A stretch of 64,000 nucleotides of DNA from Mycoplasmatota bacterium (GCA_022774645.1 JALFKQ010000032.1:94253-158252); one strand, 5' to 3'; counted from the stretch's first letter, positions 45,495-54,693 are shown. Program-made: numbers and translations. Notes: generated from the sequence alone by a model not told the origin.

Positions 45495-45809
45495 ATGTAT
45501 GATGATAAGAGATTTCTAACTGCTAGAGAAATACTAGAAAAGGATTTTAAAATAGATGCTAGAGGTTATAGACCACAAGAAGTAGATCAATTTTTAGATT
45601 TAGTTATTAAAGATTATGTTGACTTTGAAGCTACTACTAAAAGGTTAGTAACTGAAATTAAAGCTCTTGAATCTGATAATGCTAAGTTAAAAGCGGAAAT
45701 TAGAAATTTAAAGGCATCACTTGAAATAGCTAACTCTAATAAAGGTGTCACTAATGTTGATTTATTAAAGAGAATTAGTGATTTAGAAAAAGTAGTATAT
45801 GGTGAATAA
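45495..45809 (+). CDS. gpsB: cell-cycle protein GpsB (DivIVA-domain)
   Basis: LTAREILEKDFKIDARGYRPQEVDQFLDLVIKDY is collinear with B. subtilis GpsB, and a coiled coil follows. The track's TTG 45474 lies at the predicted transcription start, so ATG 45495 is preferred. Confidence 0.85.
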   Translation: MYDDKRFLTAREILEKDFKIDARGYRPQEVDQFLDLVIKDYVDFEATTKRLVTEIKALESDNAKLKAEIRNLKASLEIANSNKGVTNVDLLKRISDLEKVVYGE

Positions 45810-46153
45810 TTTTTTAGACAAACGCTGCATTTAAAATGTAGAGGAAAGTCCATGCTCACTCATTCTGGAATGAATGAAAGTGTTCGTGCTAGGGGAATAA
45901 ATAACCCTAGGTAGTACTTTTAGTACTAACGGCGGCGAGGTAATCAAGAACTGATTATATTAGCCATAAAGTGCCATAGAGACGAGATAGTTAGGAATAA
46001 CTATTGTGGAACGCGGTAAACCCCACGAGTGAGAAACCCAAATTTGGTAGGGGAGTGCTTACGAATGAATTAATAAAGGAGTAAGTGAAGGAGAAATCCT
46101 TAGATAAATGTTTGTCACCTTTTAGGTACAGAACATGGCTTATTAAAAATTAT
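45806..46153 (+). ncRNA. rnpB: RNase P RNA, type B (Firmicutes)
   Basis: Universally conserved GAGGAAAGTCCATGCTC, GGAACGCGGTAAACCCC, GAGAAACCCAAATTTGGTAGGGG and ACAGAACATGGCTTA. P2 pairs GACAAAC (45817-23) with GTTTGTC (46110-16). P1 pairs ATAATTTTTTA with TAAAAATTAT. Ends are approximate to about 5 nt. Confidence 0.9.
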
Positions 46154-46172
46154 CATTATTAACAGGAGAAAT

Positions 46173-46664
46173 ATGAAAGAAATAGGAGAAAGTTTTAAAG
46201 AAGCTAGAGAAACTATTGGTATTTCTAAGAGTGAAGTTATAAAAGATTTAAATATTACAGAAAGCCAACTTGATAATTTAGAAGATGGTAATGCTAATGC
46301 ATTTAAAGATGTTTTTTTCTTGAAAGAAACTATTAAGAAATATGCAAAATATTTAAATTTAGATGAAGATGAAATTGTTGATAAATTTAATGATTTTATT
46401 TTCGGTTATACATCTAGAATACCTATTAGTGAGATTTTAGAACAAACTAGAGAATTTAAAAATTTAGAGAAACAAAAAGAAGATAATAAAATAGTTTCTC
46501 CATATACAATTAAAAGAAAAAATAATAATATCAAATATATAATTATTTATACTGCTTCTATCATAATACTTATATTACTTGTATTTATGATTATTAAATT
46601 TATTACTGATAGAAAAGTGGAAATAAATAATTTACGAGAAAATTTAATTGAAAGGAGATTTTAA
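46173..46664 (+). CDS. rodZ: short RodZ-like HTH membrane protein
   Basis: N-terminal XRE-type HTH (IGESFKEARETIGISKSEV) and a single TM. It sits upstream of pgsA, as ymfM/rodZ does in Bacillus. It lacks the long extracytoplasmic domain. Confidence 0.65.
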   Translation: MKEIGESFKEARETIGISKSEVIKDLNITESQLDNLEDGNANAFKDVFFLKETIKKYAKYLNLDEDEIVDKFNDFIFGYTSRIPISEILEQTREFKNLEKQKEDNKIVSPYTIKRKNNNIKYIIIYTASIIILILLVFMIIKFITDRKVEINNLRENLIERRF

Positions 46665-46667
46665 TTT

Positions 46668-47264
46668 ATGAATGTACCTAATAAGATTACTTTATGTAGA
46701 ATTATTTTATCTATTTTCTTACTAGTTTTGATAATATTTCCATTAGATAAAATTGGTGTTGATTTTCCAGAGTTTAAGATAGCTAATGTAATTATTAATA
46801 GTAAATATTTAATATGTGGTATTATATTTATGATAGCTTCTCTTACAGATTTCTTAGATGGCTATTTAGCAAGAAAATACAACTTGGTTACTGATCTTGG
46901 AAAAGTTATGGATGCTATTGCTGATAAAGTACTAGTTAATGGTGTTTTAATAGTTTTAGCAGTTGAAGGATACATAAGTGTAGTTGTTCCAGTTGTTATA
47001 GTTTCAAGAGATATATTCGTCGATTCTATTAAAATGGTAGCAGGACAAAAATCTGGTGCTGTTGGTGCTAGTAAAGCAGGTAAATTTAAAACAGCATTTA
47101 TGTTAGTTGGTATAACATTATTATTCTTCTATGATTTACCATTTTCACTTTTAGGAGTTAATTGGGTATCAAGAGTTATAATAATGATTGCTACCGTATT
47201 ATCAGTTATTAGTGGTATTCAATATTATGTTAAGAATAAAAAATATTTATTTGATGTAAAATAA
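46668..47264 (+). CDS. pgsA: CDP-diacylglycerol--glycerol-3-phosphate 3-phosphatidyltransferase
   Basis: CDP-alcohol phosphatidyltransferase motif DGYLARKYNLVTDLGKVMDAIADK. Confidence 0.9.
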   Translation: MNVPNKITLCRIILSIFLLVLIIFPLDKIGVDFPEFKIANVIINSKYLICGIIFMIASLTDFLDGYLARKYNLVTDLGKVMDAIADKVLVNGVLIVLAVEGYISVVVPVVIVSRDIFVDSIKMVAGQKSGAVGASKAGKFKTAFMLVGITLLFFYDLPFSLLGVNWVSRVIIMIATVLSVISGIQYYVKNKKYLFDVK

Positions 47265-47393
47265 ATATTTTTTTATTTTCTTAAAATTCAATTTTTATAT
47301 AGGTATTTACTGGTAAAATTTAGTTTTCAAGTATACTAGAAGTACTATAATTTAATTATCAAATAGTATTAAAATTAATAATTAAATTTTAGT

Positions 47394-47407
47394 CAAACAA
47401 TTGTTTG
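47394..47407. promoter_or_regulatory. putative LexA/SOS operator (CAAACAATTGTTTG)
   Basis: Perfect 14-bp palindrome 11 nt upstream of the recA -35. Confidence 0.6.
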
Positions 47408-47418
47408 TAAAAAAAGTG

Positions 47419-47447
47419 TTGACAAAGCATTTTTTTTATTTTACAAT
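47419..47447 (+). promoter_or_regulatory. recA promoter
   Basis: TTGACA (47419-24), 17 nt of spacer, then TACAAT (47442-47). Confidence 0.7.
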
Positions 47448-47471
47448 TAAATTACTGAAGGAGAAAAACTT

Positions 47472-48494
47472 ATGAAAAAAGAAAAAGATAAAACTTTAGA
47501 TCAAGTACTTGCTGATATTGAAAAACAATTCGGTAAGGGTGCTATTATGAAATTAGGAGAAAGAGGAGTTAAAAATATAGATGTTGTATCAAGTGGTTCA
47601 TTATTACTTGATCAAGCCCTTGGTGTTGGTGGTTTTCCAAAAGGAAGAATTATTGAAATATTTGGACCTGAATCAAGTGGTAAAACTACTATTGCTTTAC
47701 ATGCTATTGCAGAAGTACAAAAGACAGGAGGAAGAGCTGCTTTTATTGATGCAGAGCATGCACTAGATCCAGTTTATGCTAGAAAGCTTGGTGTAGATAT
47801 TGATGAATTATTATTATCTCAACCTGATACAGGAGAACAAGCTTTAGAAATAGTTGAAGCATTAGTTAGAAGTGAAGCTATGAGTATTATAGTTATAGAT
47901 TCAGTTGCTGCATTAGTTCCACAAGCTGAGATAGAAGGAGAAATGGGAGATTCTCATGTAGGTCTTCAAGCAAGACTTATGAGTCAAGCACTTAGAAAAC
48001 TTAGTGGTGTTATAAATAAAACAAATACTATTTGTATATTCATTAATCAATTAAGAGAAAAAGTTGGAGTTATGTTTGGTAATCCTGAAACAACACCTGG
48101 TGGAAGAGCATTAAAGTTTTATTCAACAGTTAGACTTGATGTAAGAAGAGGAGAACAAATAAAAGTAGGTGGAGATGTTCTTGGTAATAAAACAAATATT
48201 AAAGTAGTTAAAAATAAAGTAGCTCCTCCATTTAAGACTGCTGAAGTTGAAATTATGTATGGAGAAGGAATTTCTAAGACTGGAGAAATAATTGATTTAG
48301 CTTCTAACATTGGTATTATTGATAAGAGTGGAGCTTGGTTTAGTTATAAAGGTGAAAAGATTGGACAAGGTAAAGAAAATGTTAAGCTTGTTCTTAAAAA
48401 CAATCCAGCTATGTATAAAGAAATAGAAGAAAAAGTTAGAAAGAGTTTATTTAGTAATACAGAAGATATAAAAAAAGCTGATGATAAAAAATAA
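47472..48494 (+). CDS. recA: recombinase RecA
   Basis: [18 protein letters not shown] and IVIDSVAAL. The protein is collinear with RecA over its full length. Confidence 0.97.
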   Translation: MKKEKDKTLDQVLADIEKQFGKGAIMKLGERGVKNIDVVSSGSLLLDQALGVGGFPKGRIIEIFGPESSGKTTIALHAIAEVQKTGGRAAFIDAEHALDPVYARKLGVDIDELLLSQPDTGEQALEIVEALVRSEAMSIIVIDSVAALVPQAEIEGEMGDSHVGLQARLMSQALRKLSGVINKTNTICIFINQLREKVGVMFGNPETTPGGRALKFYSTVRLDVRRGEQIKVGGDVLGNKTNIKVVKNKVAPPFKTAEVEIMYGEGISKTGEIIDLASNIGIIDKSGAWFSYKGEKIGQGKENVKLVLKNNPAMYKEIEEKVRKSLFSNTEDIKKADDKK

Positions 48495-48495
48495 T

Positions 48496-48523
48496 AAAGA
48501 TTGAATATTCTCAATCTTTTTTG
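48496..48523 (+). terminator. intrinsic terminator
   Basis: AAAGATTGA-atattc-TCAATCTTT followed by a T-run. Confidence 0.8.
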
Positions 48524-48588
48524 TTTTATATCATAGAATATTATTATAAAATGTGTTAAAATCATTGTTAAAGGAAGAGGTGAAACAT

Positions 48589-49983
48589 ATGTCATTAATG
48601 ATATATAACACAGCTAGTCATAAAGAAGAGGAATTTAAACCTTGGAATGATAAGCTTGTTACTATGTATACTTGTGGTCCTACAGTATATCATTTTGCTC
48701 ATATTGGGAATTTAAGGACTTATATTATGGAAGATATCTTAGAAAAGACATTAAGATATTTAGGGTATAATGTTAAACGATGTATGAATATCACTGATGT
48801 AGGTCATTTAACTAGTGATGCTGATAGTGGCGATGATAAGATGGTTAGTTCTGCTAAAAAAGAACATAAAACTGTGCTTGAAATTGCTAAATTCTATACA
48901 GATAAGTTTTTTGAAGATTTTGAAAAATTAAATATTAAAAAACCAGAGTTAGTTTGTCCTGCTACACAAAATATTGATGAATATATTAAAATAATAGAAA
49001 AGTTACTAGAAAACGGTTATGCTTACGAAGCTGGTGGCAATGTTTATTTTGATACTAGTAAATTAGATAAATATTATGTTCTTACAAATCATGAAGAAGA
49101 AAATTTATTAGAAGGAGTAAGAGATTCTGTTGATGTTGATACAAATAAGAAGAATAAAACTGATTTTGTTTTATGGTTTACTAAATCTAAATTTGATTCT
49201 CAAGATTTGAAATGGGAAAGCCCATTTGGATTAGGATATCCAGGATGGCATATTGAATGTACTGGAATTAGTATTAAATATTTGGGTGAACATTTAGATA
49301 TACATTGTGGTGGTGTTGATAATATATTTCCACATCATACTAATGAGATTGCTCAATCAGAAAGTTTTTTAGGACATCATTGGTGTAATTATTGGGTTCA
49401 TGGTGAACATTTAAATGATGAGAGTGGAAAGATGAGTAAGAGTCATGGTAAGACATTAACTGTTGATACATTAGTAGAAAATGGTTATGATCCACTTAGT
49501 TATCGTTTCTTATGTTTACAAAGTCATTATAGAAAACAATTAACATTTAGTTATCCTTCATTAGATGGTGCAGAAACTGCTTATAAGAAACTTAAAAATA
49601 GGGTTTTAAGTCTTAAAAAGGATGAAGAAATTGATAATGATGTTTATAATAAATATGATTTAAAGTTTAAGGAATGTTTAGAAGATGATTTGAATACTGC
49701 TAATGCATTAACTCTTGTATTTGAAGTATTAAAGTTAGATACTAATGAAAGTACTAAATATAAACTTATTTCTGATTTTGATAAGGTTCTTAGTTTATCA
49801 TTAACTGAAAGTAATAATACAAGTGATGAGTCTAACGAAGAAATTCTAAAATTAATAGAAGAAAGAAATGAAGCTAAGAAGAACAAGAATTATGAATTAG
49901 CTGATAAAATTCGTAATGATTTGTTAGAAATGGGTATTATTCTTAAGGATACAAGAGAAGGTACAACATTTGAAAGAAAATAA
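48589..49983 (+). CDS. cysS: cysteine--tRNA ligase
   Basis: HIGNLRTY (HIGH motif), KMSKSHG (KMSKS motif) and WHIECT. ATG 48589 follows GGAAGAGGTGA. Confidence 0.93.
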   Translation: MSLMIYNTASHKEEEFKPWNDKLVTMYTCGPTVYHFAHIGNLRTYIMEDILEKTLRYLGYNVKRCMNITDVGHLTSDADSGDDKMVSSAKKEHKTVLEIAKFYTDKFFEDFEKLNIKKPELVCPATQNIDEYIKIIEKLLENGYAYEAGGNVYFDTSKLDKYYVLTNHEEENLLEGVRDSVDVDTNKKNKTDFVLWFTKSKFDSQDLKWESPFGLGYPGWHIECTGISIKYLGEHLDIHCGGVDNIFPHHTNEIAQSESFLGHHWCNYWVHGEHLNDESGKMSKSHGKTLTVDTLVENGYDPLSYRFLCLQSHYRKQLTFSYPSLDGAETAYKKLKNRVLSLKKDEEIDNDVYNKYDLKFKECLEDDLNTANALTLVFEVLKLDTNESTKYKLISDFDKVLSLSLTESNNTSDESNEEILKLIEERNEAKKNKNYELADKIRNDLLEMGIILKDTREGTTFERK

Positions 49984-50008
49984 AAAATTCACAATTGTGA
50001 ATTTTTTT
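49983..50008. terminator. bidirectional intrinsic terminator between convergent genes
   Basis: AAAAATTCAC-aatt-GTGAATTTTT. Confidence 0.8.
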
Positions 50009-50726
50009 ATTGTTGATTATTATTTATATCATTTACTGGTTCTGAATTTGGAATATTAATTTGATTTGAAACAAATTTGTTTTCAGTAACTGTTGTTACT
50101 GGTTCACTTTGAATTTCAGGTTTCATTTCTTCAGCTTCTGGAATTTCTAATGAACTAGTTGTAATTGTTTGTTGTTGTTGCATTACTGGTGTGTCATTTT
50201 GAATAAATGTATTTTGAACAGGTTTTTGTTCAACAACAGTGTTATTTACATTATTTAAATTATTGTTTACAACATTATTTGTATTATTATTTGGAACATT
50301 ATTATTTGTTTCAATAATACTATCTTCATATGTAGCATCACCAAATGCTAACATAGGGAAGAAAATAACACTTAGGAATATTAATCCAACTCCAAATCCA
50401 GTTGATTTGTTGAATTTATGTGCTAATTCAATATAAATTTTAAACATTGCATAAATGTTAGCTATTGGAATCATAAATAATAATAAGTAATAAGTTGGTA
50501 ATTTTGCTATTTGAATCATTGTATAAATATTATAAATAGGTATAATTGATGCCCAACCTGGTTTACCAGCCTTTTTAAATACTTTCCACATAGATATTAA
50601 CATTACTAATCCAACAGCAGAAGATATTAACATCATTGTGCCAAAACTAGCTAATAAAGCTCCTCCTAATAAGCTACTTGAATCCATTGATATGCTGTCT
50701 CCATATACACTATAATCTCCGTACAT
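50007..50726 (-). CDS. small multi-TM membrane protein (DUF5684-like) with Asn/Gln-rich tail
   Basis: WKVFKKAGKPGWASIIPIYNIYTM..AKL motif. ATG at complement 50724-26 follows AAAGGAG. The track start is further upstream. Confidence 0.6.
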   Translation of the reverse strand: MYGDYSVYGDSISMDSSSLLGGALLASFGTMMLISSAVGLVMLISMWKVFKKAGKPGWASIIPIYNIYTMIQIAKLPTYYLLLFMIPIANIYAMFKIYIELAHKFNKSTGFGVGLIFLSVIFFPMLAFGDATYEDSIIETNNNVPNNNTNNVVNNNLNNVNNTVVEQKPVQNTFIQNDTPVMQQQQTITTSSLEIPEAEEMKPEIQSEPVTTVTENKFVSNQINIPNSEPVNDINNNQQ

Positions 50727-50868
50727 ATTTAACTCCTTTCTATGTTTATATCTTGATTTTATCATATATTTTTTATTTATTAAATAATTTGTGTCATATT
50801 TTGTATATATTTGTTATGTTTATATGATTTTTCTTTAATTTTTAGTATAATTATTATGGAGGAATTAA

Positions 50869-51813
50869 ATGGTTGTTAGAAAGTTTAATTATTATAGATT
50901 CTTTGTGTTTATAGTTATATTAGTAAGTATAATTGTTTTTAGTATTAAAATGATAAGTGATTATAATTATAAAAAAACAGATGAATATAAGTTATTAAAT
51001 GTTGGTTATAATGAGGAAGAGATTAAAGTTATAAAAGATAAATTGAGTGATGATAAAATTGAATCTTTATTAAAGGTTAAATATAATAAAAATATTGTTT
51101 TATTTATTAAGGAAAAGTATTTTATATATAAAAATCTTTCTAAATATTTAGATTATAAATCTAAAAATAAAGATGATACTTTTACTCATATTGTTGCTAT
51201 AGTTAATACTGAAGCTGATGTAGAGTGGCTTGATAATGAAAAAGAAACTGATACAAGTAAGAATGAACTTATGCTTGTTAATAGGCTATATGGTTTAAGT
51301 AAAGATTATGAACCAGATGATATTATTGATGTACCTGTATCTATTTCATATAGTGGTGTTAAAATAAGTAAGAGTATACTTAGTAATATCGAAGAGTTAA
51401 TTTCAGCAGCTAAAGATGAAGGATATATTTTTGTGCTTTCTGATGGTTATAGAAGTTATGCTGATCAAGAAAAGATGTTTAATAATTATAAAAATAATTA
51501 TGGATATGAGGAAGCTGATAAGAATGTGGCTAGACCAGGACATTCTGAATATCAAACAGGAATATCTTTTCAAATAGTTCCATATAATAAAGTATTTGAT
51601 AAGCCAAGAGAAAGTGAAGAGTATAAATGGCTTAAAGATAATGCATATAAATATGGATTTATATTTAGATATCCGGAAGATAAGAAAGATATTACATTAT
51701 TTGATTCTTATACTTGGAGACTTAGATTTGTTGGAACAACTGCTGCTTCAATAATTGAAAGTGAAAAGATAAGTTTTGAAGAATATTATGCATATTTTGT
51801 TGACAAGGAGTAG
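50869..51813 (+). CDS. VanY/LdcB-like (M15B) D,D/L,D-carboxypeptidase homolog, probably catalytically inactive
   Basis: N-terminal TM. LVNRLYGLSKDYEPDD, SDGYRSYADQ and PGHSEYQTGISFQI..YGFIFRYP..YTWRLRFVG are collinear with LdcB, but the metal and catalytic residues are replaced. Confidence 0.7.
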   Translation: MVVRKFNYYRFFVFIVILVSIIVFSIKMISDYNYKKTDEYKLLNVGYNEEEIKVIKDKLSDDKIESLLKVKYNKNIVLFIKEKYFIYKNLSKYLDYKSKNKDDTFTHIVAIVNTEADVEWLDNEKETDTSKNELMLVNRLYGLSKDYEPDDIIDVPVSISYSGVKISKSILSNIEELISAAKDEGYIFVLSDGYRSYADQEKMFNNYKNNYGYEEADKNVARPGHSEYQTGISFQIVPYNKVFDKPRESEEYKWLKDNAYKYGFIFRYPEDKKDITLFDSYTWRLRFVGTTAASIIESEKISFEEYYAYFVDKE

Positions 51814-51815
51814 AG

Positions 51816-52754
51816 ATGAATAAAAATGTTGTAGTTTTAGGTGGGGGAACTGGGCAATCAGTGTTGCTTAGTGGCCTAAAAAAATTTCCAGTTAATATTA
51901 CTGCTGTTGTTAGTGTTGCTGATGATGGAAGAAATACTGGAAAATTAAGAGAACAATTTAATATACCAGCAATGGGAGATGTTAGGAGAGTATTAATTGC
52001 TCTTAGTGAAACAGAAGATTTTGTTTCTGAATTATTTAGCTACAGGTTTAAAGGTGATTGTGATTTAAATGGAAATAATATAGGAAATTTATTATTAACA
52101 GCTATGTCTGATATTTGCGGTAATTTAAGTAGTGGTGTTAAAGAAATAAGTAAGATATTAAATCTTAAAGGTGAAGTGTTACCTCTTACTGATGATAATA
52201 TTGTTCTTATGGGTGAAATGGAAGATGGTAGTATTATCGAAGGTGAACATAATATTACGATGTCTCCTAAAAAAATTAAGAAAGTATTTTATAAAGATGA
52301 ACCTAGGGTTAATAGTGCTGTTATAGATAAGATTAAAGAGAGTGATGCAATATTGCTTAGTATGGGTAGTGTCTATACTAGTATTATTCCTAATTTGTTA
52401 TGTAAGGAAGTTATTGATGCTATTGATTCATCTAATTCTAAGATTATTTATGTTTGTAATGTTATGACTCAACCTGGGGAAACTGATGATTTTAAAGTTA
52501 GTGATCATATTAATTTATTAAACAGTTATCTTGGTAAAAGAAAAATTGATATTGTTGTAACTAATAATGAAGAAATAAGTGCTGAAACTCAAAAGATATA
52601 TGAGACAACTGAACAAAAAGATTTAGTATTAATTGATAGTGAAAATATTAAGATTGAAAATATAAGTAAACCATTAATTAAGGTTGAAAATAATGTTATT
52701 AGACATGATAATCTTAAATTAGCTTTAGAAATAGTTAATATTTTATCAAAATAA
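51816..52754 (+). CDS. yvcK: YvcK/CofD-like gluconeogenesis and cell-shape factor
   Basis: VVVLGGGTGQSVLLSGLKKF...VSVADDG and GSVYTSIIPNLL. Confidence 0.88.
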   Translation: MNKNVVVLGGGTGQSVLLSGLKKFPVNITAVVSVADDGRNTGKLREQFNIPAMGDVRRVLIALSETEDFVSELFSYRFKGDCDLNGNNIGNLLLTAMSDICGNLSSGVKEISKILNLKGEVLPLTDDNIVLMGEMEDGSIIEGEHNITMSPKKIKKVFYKDEPRVNSAVIDKIKESDAILLSMGSVYTSIIPNLLCKEVIDAIDSSNSKIIYVCNVMTQPGETDDFKVSDHINLLNSYLGKRKIDIVVTNNEEISAETQKIYETTEQKDLVLIDSENIKIENISKPLIKVENNVIRHDNLKLALEIVNILSK

Positions 52755-52831
52755 TAAATTTATACTTGACTTTTTAAGTATGTATATGGTAGTATTAGTA
52801 TGCTTGATTGTTATCAAGTGCCTACCTATAT

Positions 52832-52908
52832 GGGGAATTGGCTCAGTTGGCTAGAGCATCTGCCTTGCACGCAGAGGGTCACCGGTTCGAGTCCGGTATT
52901 CTCCACCA
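52832..52908 (+). tRNA. tRNA-Ala (anticodon UGC), CCA encoded
   Basis: Cloverleaf folded by hand. Acceptor stem GGGGAAT/ATTCTCC has the G3:U70 pair. D-arm is GCTC..GAGC. Anticodon stem is TCTGC/GCAGA with loop CTTGCAC. T-arm is ACCGG-TTCGAGT-CCGGT. Confidence 0.95.
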
Positions 52909-52918
52909 AATAGGACAT

Positions 52919-52943
52919 AACCACTAGAAATAGTGGTTTTTTG
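52919..52943 (+). terminator. intrinsic terminator after tRNA-Ala
   Basis: AACCACTA-gaaa-TAGTGGTT followed by TTTTT. Confidence 0.75.
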
Positions 52944-53014
52944 TTGTCTTAATTTATTTTGACTTAATGTATCATAAGTGTTATAATATGCAGTACTTGT
53001 GAAGGGGGAGAATT

Positions 53015-54085
53015 ATGAAAGAAATAGATTACAAAGTAAATAAGAATGGTTTTATCAGTTGTGAAAGTGATGATGTTGTTGGTCATAAAATATATGATGG
53101 TGATGTTGAAGACATATTATATGGTATAAAAAATGATATTTCTCTTGGAAAAATTATTTCAATGAATGTAGAAAAAGTTGATAATTTTGAATCTTTTTGT
53201 TCTGTAGATTTTAATTTTTCTATTACAATGTTTGATAAACTTGGGGAAGAATATATTTGTAATTTTGATATGAAAGGTTTAAGTAAGAAACAATATCAAG
53301 AATTTCTTTCTCTTGAAAAGTTTGCTAATTGTAAGAGAATAAAGAGAAGAGTGGAAAAATATAAGCATAAGAATTTTGAAACATTTAGTGGTATATTAAA
53401 GAAAAATCTTTATAAGAATATGAGAGTGCTTTCATCTTTTATACTTAAGACTGCTGTTGCGACTTTGTTATGTTCAATAGCTTGTGCACCATTATCTGAT
53501 TTGTCATTAAATTTATATTTAGGTTCTGTTGCAATTCCTCCTGCTATTTTTACATTAGCTTCTGTTGTATTATCTAGTAAGAGTCTTATTGAAAGTGTTA
53601 GTGAATACAATAAAATAAAAAAGAAAAAAGTAGAAGATGATGAAAAAAATGAATCTGAAAGTAAGGATTTAAGTAAAGATGATAGAGTTAGTTTAAAAAA
53701 TGAAATAGTTGAAAAAGTAAAAGAGATTCGTAGTTTAATGAGTAATTTAGATAATGAATCTGCAACATATTATAGAATGGAATTAGTAGATAGAATTAAT
53801 TCTTATACAAATAATTTAGATGTAAAACCAAAAAATTCTGATGATGTTATATTAAAAATGGATAGTTCTATTAGTTCTGAAATACAATTTTTATTATATT
53901 TAGATACTCTTAAAGATGAAATTCTTAAACAAATTAAAAAAGAAAGTTATAAGAAATCAATTGATGACTTGAAAGAACAAATTATTTTAGATGATAAAGT
54001 GAAGACTGGTGAAGTAGATGATACGGTACTTGATGATATTATTGAAGATATGGGAGGATTTGCTTTATCAAGAAAACAAAAATAA
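53015..54085 (+). CDS. hypothetical membrane protein (two central TMs, acidic coiled C-terminus)
   Basis: ORF with RBS GAAGGGGGAG. No family recognised. Confidence 0.5.
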   Translation: MKEIDYKVNKNGFISCESDDVVGHKIYDGDVEDILYGIKNDISLGKIISMNVEKVDNFESFCSVDFNFSITMFDKLGEEYICNFDMKGLSKKQYQEFLSLEKFANCKRIKRRVEKYKHKNFETFSGILKKNLYKNMRVLSSFILKTAVATLLCSIACAPLSDLSLNLYLGSVAIPPAIFTLASVVLSSKSLIESVSEYNKIKKKKVEDDEKNESESKDLSKDDRVSLKNEIVEKVKEIRSLMSNLDNESATYYRMELVDRINSYTNNLDVKPKNSDDVILKMDSSISSEIQFLLYLDTLKDEILKQIKKESYKKSIDDLKEQIILDDKVKTGEVDDTVLDDIIEDMGGFALSRKQK

Positions 54086-54167
54086 AACTCTGTTTAATTA
54101 TTTAAATAGTGTTTTTATTTACAAAATTATTTATTTGTTATATATTTTATATAGAGGTAAATAAAAT

Positions 54168-54686
54168 ATGACACAAGTTAAGACTAAAAAAGAAATTGTT
54201 AAAATGTTACTTAAAAATAGAGCATTAGAAGATAGAGATGAATCAGAATTAATGGAAATGCTGTTTGATGAAGAAATAGCTGTTGATGTTGATAAATATG
54301 TTGAAGAAAATGCTACTTGGAAAGATAGATTAGCTGATAAAATAACTAAGAGAGCTGGTAGTTGGGGTTTCATAATAGGATTTATTATATTTTTAGCGGT
54401 ATGGATGATAGTAAATGGTATTATTCTTTGTGAAGGTAAAGCTTTTGATGAATATCCGTTTATATTACTTAACTTATTTTTATCTTGTGTAGCAGCTTTA
54501 CAAGCACCAATAATTATGATGAGTCAAAATAGAGCGGCTGAAAAGGATTCGTTAAGAGGTAAAAATGATTATAAAACTGATTTGAAAAGTGAACTTATTT
54601 TAGAAGAATTACATGATCAAATGAGTAAGATTATTTCTAATCAGAATAAAATATTAAAAATTCTTAATGATGAGGATAAAAAATAG
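54168..54686 (+). CDS. DUF1003-family membrane protein
   Basis: FDEYPFILLNLFLSCVAALQAPIIMMSQNRAAEKD is the DUF1003 signature. Confidence 0.75.
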   Translation: MTQVKTKKEIVKMLLKNRALEDRDESELMEMLFDEEIAVDVDKYVEENATWKDRLADKITKRAGSWGFIIGFIIFLAVWMIVNGIILCEGKAFDEYPFILLNLFLSCVAALQAPIIMMSQNRAAEKDSLRGKNDYKTDLKSELILEELHDQMSKIISNQNKILKILNDEDKK

Positions 54687-54693
54687 GTGAATT

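Noticed and set aside
48495-48588. Possible T-box leader upstream of cysS, which is common in Firmicutes
   Set aside because: Only about 95 nt separate recA from cysS, and a third of that is the recA terminator. There is no specifier loop or T-box sequence (AAnnnGGTGGnACCGCG-like) and no second terminator.
50100-50330. Asn/Gln-rich low-complexity tracts (here and at 3530-3560) as possible functional repeats
   Set aside because: These are homopolymeric AAT/AAC-rich runs expected from extreme AT bias. They have no fixed period and are not conserved between the loci.
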